IMG/VR virus record: IMGVR_UViG_3300042452_000698
Coordinates: 24,531-88,530 of that record
Source of the DNA: a virus
Taxonomy: Duplodnaviria; Caudoviricetes
DNA length: 64,000 bases
Reading direction: 5' to 3' (one strand)
Part shown: piece by piece, positions 57,994 through 64,000 of the stretch
Numbering within the stretch: the first letter of the stretch is position 1
Layout: each line of letters starts with the position of its first letter
The notes under the pieces: model-generated
The model's database searches: none
What the model was told of the DNA's origin: nothing
Seen by the model: the letters and a program-made list of their open reading frames with translations, nothing else
Program-made: the position numbers and the translations under genes

Positions 57994-58683
57994 TTATAGA
58001 TTAAAGCGACCTTTGGTAGCATTATAGTTTTGTAAAACTTCTGTTGCAGAGAGCGCCCTATTGTGGACGTGGGCTTGTGCTATATTTCCAGGAAATAATA
58101 GCTGACTTCCATTAATATTTCGTCCCATACTAATATAAGTTGCATTATTAGTTAATAGGTTTGTACTGGCTGATGACTCAACAGTACCTAAGACACCATT
58201 AAGATATATATTAAAAGAATATGGGGTTCCAGAATTTGCGGTACCGACTATATGATACCACACATTTGTACTAATAGTATTAGATATTGTAATAAAACCA
58301 CCATTGGATGCTATAAAAAGCTTATTCGAATTAGTGATCGAAAGTGTATACCCTAATGTTCCAACCCCAAGATTTCCACAGTCTATTAATGGTCTATATG
58401 TGCTATTGAGTGTGGTTATTCTAAACCAACACGATAATGAAAAAGAAGAATTATTTGATATGTCGTTTCTTGTAGTTTGAACATAATCATTTGTTCCATC
58501 AAAACTCAAAGATCCTAAGTTAGTAGTACTATATCCAACACCATTAACAAGAGTTGCAGTATTCCCATTACCACTCAAATCACTCCAGACTGTGCCGCTA
58601 GCCGGATAACTTTTACTATTACCAGCATCCAAACAAAGAACTAGACCGTTAGTAACTATGCGGGGGCCGTTGTTGTAACTCAT
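57994..58683 (-). CDS. ConA-like/LamG domain protein (paralog 3)
   Basis: GLVLCLDAG...SYP..G..W.DLS, then SFDG..DY, S.SCWF, WYHIV, F.GNI....NRALS..EV.QNYN. Confidence 0.85.
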   Translation of the reverse strand: MSYNNGPRIVTNGLVLCLDAGNSKSYPASGTVWSDLSGNGNTATLVNGVGYSTTNLGSLSFDGTNDYVQTTRNDISNNSSFSLSCWFRITTLNSTYRPLIDCGNLGVGTLGYTLSITNSNKLFIASNGGFITISNTISTNVWYHIVGTANSGTPYSFNIYLNGVLGTVESSASTNLLTNNATYISMGRNINGSQLLFPGNIAQAHVHNRALSATEVLQNYNATKGRFNL

Positions 58684-58717
58684 AGAGCTTCGCTCCTTGT
58701 TTTAGAATCGCAGATTC

Positions 58718-59443
58718 TCATAGACCAAACCTACCCTTTGTAGCATTATAGTTCTGTAAAACTTCCGCAGTAGAAAGAACTCTATTGTAAATTCTAACAG
58801 AGCCTATTTTGCCTGTAAATCTTCTAGCAAAAGCATTAGCAGTATTTGTTCCTTGCTGTGCTATTTGAATATTTGCAGAAAAAGTCATACTGTGTGTAGA
58901 AGTAGAACTATTTATTACAGATGTTGTATTTAAAAAAACTCTCGTATTACCAGATGGTCTATTTATGGTGTGAACCATATGATACCATCTATTAATTGTT
59001 ACTATATTAGCTGCTGACTCATATCCAGTATATCCTATATCATTACTATTTTTCATTTCTATAACAATTTTAGCTAAATTTGTTCCACTATTTTGTAAGA
59101 TACAAATCATATCACTAAGAGTATTAGAAGGAACCGTTCTTATGAGCGTTGATCTGCCATTTTCTCCACCAACCACACTAGATGGTCTAAACCATACTTC
59201 ATTTGTCATAATGTCCGTTCTTGTCTGAGCATTGGTTATAGATCCATATTCCTCTATACCATCAAAACTAAAAGATCCATCAGAGCTAGTATATATTGGA
59301 CCATTGACTAGAGAACAGTTTGCTCCAAAAGAACTTAAATCACTCCAAGTTGAGCCACTTCCCGGATAGCTTTTAGTGTTAGCAGCATCAAGACACAATA
59401 CTAATCCATTGGTTACTATTCTTGGTCCGTATTGATTGCTCAT
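58718..59443 (-). CDS. ConA-like/LamG domain protein (paralog 2)
   Basis: Same motif set as the flanking paralogs. Confidence 0.85.
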   Translation of the reverse strand: MSNQYGPRIVTNGLVLCLDAANTKSYPGSGSTWSDLSSFGANCSLVNGPIYTSSDGSFSFDGIEEYGSITNAQTRTDIMTNEVWFRPSSVVGGENGRSTLIRTVPSNTLSDMICILQNSGTNLAKIVIEMKNSNDIGYTGYESAANIVTINRWYHMVHTINRPSGNTRVFLNTTSVINSSTSTHSMTFSANIQIAQQGTNTANAFARRFTGKIGSVRIYNRVLSTAEVLQNYNATKGRFGL

Positions 59444-60150
59444 AATCCAAACCTTCCTTTAAGAGCATTATAGTTTTGCAAAATTTGAAATGACGATAAT
59501 TCTTTTGTATATATCATATAATTTGCTATACTGCCCTTTAGCGGGTATTGATTATCGGTAAAAAGGCCCAGTCTAAACGCACCATTTGTATTATAATTAT
59601 TGACATCAGGAGTGGCGCTAACTTCTAACTTGCCATTATAATAAATTTTTGCATTGTTGGTATTTTTATTTACAACATAAGTAATGTGTTGCCAAGAATC
59701 GTATATTATTTTTGACGTGGTAGTCATAGACGATCCTCCTGATGAAGTGCCGTTACCAACAGAAATTACTATGTTTCTAGTGTCGCTTAAAAAGTTGTTA
59801 TATAAAAATCTTAGACCATTAGTTGCGCCCCCGCCTGCGCTATTAGAGAAAATAGTTTGTAGCCAGCCTCCGGCGCCAAAAGTATTTGAAGGTCTAACAA
59901 AACACATTAAGGTTATTTCATTACCTAGGTTAGTAGATGAGAAAGAGACATATTCATCTATACCATCAAAAACTATGCTTCCTTTATTAGAACTATTATA
60001 TATTGGTCCATTGGTCAGTGTTCCATTGTTATTATTTCCGCTCAAGTCACTCCAGATTGTGCCACTACCCGGATAGCTTTTACTATTAGCAGCATCCAAA
60101 CACAAAACTAAACCATTAGTAATAATATCTGGACCACCATAAATACTCAT
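59440..60150 (-). CDS. ConA-like/LamG domain protein (paralog 1)
   Basis: Same motif set; ATGA overlaps on both sides. Confidence 0.85.
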   Translation of the reverse strand: MSIYGGPDIITNGLVLCLDAANSKSYPGSGTIWSDLSGNNNNGTLTNGPIYNSSNKGSIVFDGIDEYVSFSSTNLGNEITLMCFVRPSNTFGAGGWLQTIFSNSAGGGATNGLRFLYNNFLSDTRNIVISVGNGTSSGGSSMTTTSKIIYDSWQHITYVVNKNTNNAKIYYNGKLEVSATPDVNNYNTNGAFRLGLFTDNQYPLKGSIANYMIYTKELSSFQILQNYNALKGRFGL

Positions 60151-60281
60151 AAAGCACTAGCCTCTATAAAAGCTTGATCTATTTGAGCTTCTGTTAGGCC
60201 CAAATTTTGAGCTAATGGTACTAGCATTGGATGATTACCAACTATTCCGTCAGTTCCTATTGTTTTAATATTAAATGACAT
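60147..60281 (-). CDS. 44-aa protein resembling the C-terminus of fibre-assembly chaperones (not in the ORF track)
   Basis: Hand translation MSFNIKTIGTDGIVGNHPMLVPLAQNLGLTEAQIDQAFIEASAL*. GGAG lies 9 nt upstream; the TGA overlaps the next ATG. Confidence 0.6.
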   Translation of the reverse strand: MSFNIKTIGTDGIVGNHPMLVPLAQNLGLTEAQIDQAFIEASAL

Positions 60282-60287
60282 TCTTAC

Positions 60288-60476
60288 TTACTCCACTATC
60301 AATACAGATCGTAATGTTTTATCCCAAATTCCTAGACCGGTGTTTAGTGCGATAGCATCAGATTCTGACAATGGCAAAGCCAAAAATTCTGGAGGCATAG
60401 GATCTGCGATATCTGTTCCTATGCTATATGCTTCACCGCTATGAACATATATAACAATATACCACTGTTCAGACAT
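60288..60476 (-). CDS. Small hypothetical protein
   Basis: Likely start MSEQWY at 60476, overlapping the end of the upstream gene. Confidence 0.55.
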   Translation of the reverse strand: MSEQWYIVIYVHSGEAYSIGTDIADPMPPEFLALPLSESDAIALNTGLGIWDKTLRSVLIVE

Positions 60477-61371
60477 ATGGCACCCCAATCACACACGCGC
60501 ATACTCTTTCTGGATTTGCAGCTAAATTATGTCTAATAGCAATTCTTGTTCCCGCAGGAACGAATCCTCCATAAATAGCCGGGGTAGCAGTAAGGGCTGA
60601 AGGATAGATAAAACCATTACCACCATAAGCCCCATTGACAAAAGCTATTGGCATTTCGTTTCCTGCTGCTCCGATTCCAAGATCTAATCGGAATTGAGTT
60701 GTTGATGCCGCAGAGATATTTGCTGGCCCACTAGGAATAACAACTAATCCTTGGTAGTCTTTTGTTGTTGCCTCCGTGATCTGCACCCATGTGCTGCTCG
60801 ATCCACTCATTGCCGTACCAGTGCTAGTGGATGTACTTGTACCTAAAGTATCTAAAGATGTTGGCAAACGATCAGAAAAAGGGTTTAATATAGAATGACC
60901 ATAAGATGTAATATTCTGCATAGTTAAAACTCTGGATCCTGTTGCTGCTCTTACTCTCATGGCTACTCTAGTTGCTCCCTCTATCCTAATAGGAAGAATA
61001 AAAAATGGTCCCGCGCCGCCGGTATTCCATGATCCTCCAACCGCTATGTTTTGAGCTATAATGGTTTCCGATCCTGCTGCTCCTTTGGCTACATCCAATA
61101 ACATAGAATTATCTGTATTGGCAGCTTGATTATTTCCTACGCACTGTATATGTATGGCATGAATAACACTGGTCGATGGTATAGAATTATTAGCAATATA
61201 TTGAACCCAAGCACCGGGAGTATTTGGTGTAGCGGAAGCTGTCATTGAGTTTCCGTTATTATTAAAATTTAGAAAGTTCGAACCGAGAGATCCAATCCAA
61301 GTAGATGGTTGTGTCAATCTTGCTGACTGACTAGATAAATATCCACGACGAAAAGATGGTTTTATGCTCAT
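60469..61371 (-). CDS. Virion protein with two tandem beta-sandwich repeats
   Basis: Likely start MSIKPS at 61371. Internal repeat W.Q....LD(V/L)..GAAG.E..IA....(G/A).TR(V/I)A.R occurs twice. Confidence 0.6.
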   Translation of the reverse strand: MSIKPSFRRGYLSSQSARLTQPSTWIGSLGSNFLNFNNNGNSMTASATPNTPGAWVQYIANNSIPSTSVIHAIHIQCVGNNQAANTDNSMLLDVAKGAAGSETIIAQNIAVGGSWNTGGAGPFFILPIRIEGATRVAMRVRAATGSRVLTMQNITSYGHSILNPFSDRLPTSLDTLGTSTSTSTGTAMSGSSSTWVQITEATTKDYQGLVVIPSGPANISAASTTQFRLDLGIGAAGNEMPIAFVNGAYGGNGFIYPSALTATPAIYGGFVPAGTRIAIRHNLAANPERVCACVIGVPYV

Positions 61372-61372
61372 A

Positions 61373-61705
61373 TTATGTAATCTCCACTCCAAAGGCAGAA
61401 AAAGCTAAAGCATTTGCTGTGCCGCTACGAACACTTATGACATCTGTGGTTGCTAAAGTAATACCAAGGGTCAATGTTAATGCGTCGTTACCACCAAGAG
61501 ATATATCATAAGCTATATAATGTTGATTAGCAATGGCTGCGCCAGCGGGACGAACGGCTATTCTGAATGTTGCTGCTGATGTTGTTAAATTAGCTATAGA
61601 AATTGTGGATAAAATTGTTTGTGTTAACGACGGCGCAGTATACAGGTTTGTGAGCGAGCTGTCTGTTGGAGCAGCTTGGCCTAATACTTTATGAGTTTGT
61701 GGCAT
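61373..61705 (-). CDS. Small beta-rich virion structural protein
   Basis: K.LGQ.AP...TNLYT.P...T..STI.IAN...A.FRIAV...H.IAYD...LTLG.TL..TD.I.V pattern of phage structural proteins. Confidence 0.6.
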   Translation of the reverse strand: MPQTHKVLGQAAPTDSSLTNLYTAPSLTQTILSTISIANLTTSAATFRIAVRPAGAAIANQHYIAYDISLGGNDALTLTLGITLATTDVISVRSGTANALAFSAFGVEIT

Positions 61706-61707
61706 AT

Positions 61708-64000
61708 TTAACCTCCCATGAATAAAAATGGATGTATTATATTATTAGCTTTTATGTTTCCAGCAACCTCTAACTTTTCTGACGGATTATTTTGTCCAAT
61801 ACCAATATTACCACTACTGTTAATAACAAAATCGTTTAAATTATATCTTCCAGCAACTATACTATCATTACTAAATACTTCAAATACTGGAAGACCAGCA
61901 TTATTATTAACACTCATCAAGCTTCCACTAAGGCTATCAATTACACTAAATAAACTACCATTAGTGCCTTCCACATTAAGCACAGTATCTCCACTTGTAG
62001 CACTATAAGCATGTAGTAAAGCATTAGGGGCTATTCCGGTTGTAACTGATGAAAATAAGCCAGAACCACCAGCTACATGTAAACGCCCGCTAGGGGCTGT
62101 GGTTCCTATACCTAAATTACCAGTGTTAGTTAATCTCATCCTTTCTGTCGCTGCTGGAGTAAATTTAATATGTTGGGCAGTGGTCCCTGCATTGTAGTTG
62201 TTGCCTATTTCCGTCCATTGACTAAATGCTTTAATCGAAATTGTTCCGCCTTGCCCGCCCAAAGCAATTTCGTTATCTCCTCCTCTTATTACCAAGCTAT
62301 CGCTGGTATCATTAAATAATCTATTATATGTTATCGGAACTGTTGTTCCAGAGCGAGATATATATAAAGAACCTTGAGAATAAGAATCTCCGAAAACATG
62401 TAATCTTCCACTTGGAGCAGTTGTATTTATGCCGACCGCTCCAGTACCTGTTATTCTCAATCTCTCTGTGCCACTGGTGCTAACAGCAAAAGTATTAGCT
62501 GCTGGTGAAAATGCTCCGGTATCAGCATCACTTATAAATTCGATTGACGGTAATGAGGCCGTACCAGATCCAGCAATCAAAGATCCTAGAGCAGTAACAT
62601 CACCGCTAAATCTTCCGCTACCAATAACGTGTAATGTTTCGCTTGGAGTTGAGGTTCCTAGTCCAACATTTGTCCCATTATCATAAATTATTCCGCTAGT
62701 TAAACTATTAGTTCCATTCCATCGAGAAACATAGCCACTAGTTCCAACTCCGGTAGTTAAATTAGCTGGAAATAATCCGCTAACGCTACTATTAAAATTT
62801 GTAATATTACTAGCTGTGTGAGTATGACCACTTACACTAACCTGTACGTTATTAACACTTAAACTAGTAAAATTACCGCTATTAGCAGACAATAATCCGC
62901 TACTAATTGTTAGTCCGTTTGTGAAAGTGTGATTGGCGCTTATGCTTCTTGCTTCATTAATGTGAACATACTGAGCATGATCATCATCCCCCAATCCGAA
63001 CAAACTTCCGTGGTCATTCTGGCTAACTCCATATGTGCTTGTTATAACGCTTTTACGTATGTCTAATATGCTTTGTAGACTACTTTTGGGAGTATTGGTG
63101 AATGTAGCATTGGTAAGAAAAATCAATCTGTATAGTGGCCGTAATTCATTAGTCGGAATATTTGTTAAATTAATATCACTCCAAATATTATTATTTTCAG
63201 CAGCGCCTAAACTACTATCTTCTCGCTGACCCATAATGGCTAAGATAGGATCGTTCATATCATTGGTAGCCACAATCCACATAGCAAAATATCGGTTATT
63301 AGGAACGTTAGGCGTTGTCCATGTTCCACCAGAATATAGATTATACAATGCTCGTGTAGCATTATATTTTAATGGATATGGTGTTGAAACGTCTCGTACC
63401 CATTGTCCTGTGCTTCCGCTATGATAATAGACAGGAATGTAGGCTATTGGACTTAGTTGTTGAGTAAATTCAACCCCATTATTACCATCAACAATATTAA
63501 TAATAATATCTTCTTGATAAAGGGTTCCATCACTAATATCAATTTGAGCATGACTATTGGAACTACCATTTCCAAGTAAAGTATATCCACCAATACTTAA
63601 GCCATTTATATATTGCATACCAAAAGTGTTGTGAATCCACTTGTGAGTCATACTATCCATGCGTATTCCGTGACGTTCTTCACCAAAGAATGTGCTTTGA
63701 TTAATATCGCCATTCCAATGAATAAAAGCTATTGGTACGTCGGTATCAAAATTAAAAAATGTGGTTTTAGTATCTAGTAAGCCTGTATCAGTATTAAAAT
63801 GAATATAATTTAGTGCTGTTCCACTACCTATAACAATACTTTCGCTTGTGGTTTTAGTAACCTTCACGCCCTCAATGTACACATCATAACTGGCTCCAGT
63901 TGGAGCAATAGTAAAAGTTCTGGTACTATCATTAAAACTAATAATACTATCAAGTCTATTAACAAATCCCTGTGGCTCTAAGCTTAGTTCATTAATTTCT
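61708..64000 (-). CDS. Tail/head fibre protein (5'-truncated by window edge)
   Basis: Frame is open from 63999 (EINELSLEPQGFVNR...). Repeated fibre motifs GNVGLGT..P...LHV.G, ERLRI..TG.VGI.T..P and ERMRLT..GNLGIG. Confidence 0.8.
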   Translation of the reverse strand, partial: EINELSLEPQGFVNRLDSIISFNDSTRTFTIAPTGASYDVYIEGVKVTKTTSESIVIGSGTALNYIHFNTDTGLLDTKTTFFNFDTDVPIAFIHWNGDINQSTFFGEERHGIRMDSMTHKWIHNTFGMQYINGLSIGGYTLLGNGSSNSHAQIDISDGTLYQEDIIINIVDGNNGVEFTQQLSPIAYIPVYYHSGSTGQWVRDVSTPYPLKYNATRALYNLYSGGTWTTPNVPNNRYFAMWIVATNDMNDPILAIMGQREDSSLGAAENNNIWSDINLTNIPTNELRPLYRLIFLTNATFTNTPKSSLQSILDIRKSVITSTYGVSQNDHGSLFGLGDDDHAQYVHINEARSISANHTFTNGLTISSGLLSANSGNFTSLSVNNVQVSVSGHTHTASNITNFNSSVSGLFPANLTTGVGTSGYVSRWNGTNSLTSGIIYDNGTNVGLGTSTPSETLHVIGSGRFSGDVTALGSLIAGSGTASLPSIEFISDADTGAFSPAANTFAVSTSGTERLRITGTGAVGINTTAPSGRLHVFGDSYSQGSLYISRSGTTVPITYNRLFNDTSDSLVIRGGDNEIALGGQGGTISIKAFSQWTEIGNNYNAGTTAQHIKFTPAATERMRLTNTGNLGIGTTAPSGRLHVAGGSGLFSSVTTGIAPNALLHAYSATSGDTVLNVEGTNGSLFSVIDSLSGSLMSVNNNAGLPVFEVFSNDSIVAGRYNLNDFVINSSGNIGIGQNNPSEKLEVAGNIKANNIIHPFLFMGG

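Noticed and set aside
1-64000. tRNA, rRNA, CRISPR arrays, integrase, transposase, portal, terminase, tail sheath, canonical endolysin
   Set aside because: None was recognised by eye in this window. Portal and terminase probably lie beyond base 64000. Absence needs confirming with tRNAscan and HMM searches.
1-64000. Alternative genetic code (stop-codon reassignment as in some large phages)
   Set aside because: Standard-code ORFs tile the window densely, up to 3685 aa, with normal stop/start overlaps.

Overview
This window is part of a large, AT-rich tailed dsDNA phage genome (Caudoviricetes). It reads with the standard genetic code and has SD-like GGAG/AGGAGG sites and many TAATG/ATGA gene overlaps. 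Bases 1-996 (+ strand) end a recombination/replication block: a Rad52-like annealing protein and a Zn-ribbon protein. From about 1.06 kb to 64 kb the - strand carries one long virion morphogenesis region. In transcription order it holds fibre and LamG lectin genes, a prohead protease-scaffold fusion, capsid decoration protein, HK97-type major capsid protein, a block of large adhesin-like fibres (Cys-rich; LCCL plus a permuted FGE/C-lectin domain; RCC1), head-tail joining genes, tail tube, putative assembly chaperones, a 2267-aa tape measure protein, a 3685-aa FG-GAP/LamG protein and tail-tip proteins. No sheath gene was recognised, so the tail is probably non-contractile. The region ends in an unusual cassette: CAP protein, exported HExxH metallopeptidase, CarF/TMEM189-type lipid desaturase, patatin phospholipase and a 30-aa membrane peptide. 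The most notable signals are this cassette (possible non-canonical lysis or membrane remodelling), enzyme-like domains bracketed by repeats inside the tape measure protein, a recurring GTGTAT late-promoter candidate, a circularly permuted FGE domain and RBS-occluding hairpins. All family calls come from motif recognition by eye; no database searches were run. A Planctomycetota-like host is only an inference.
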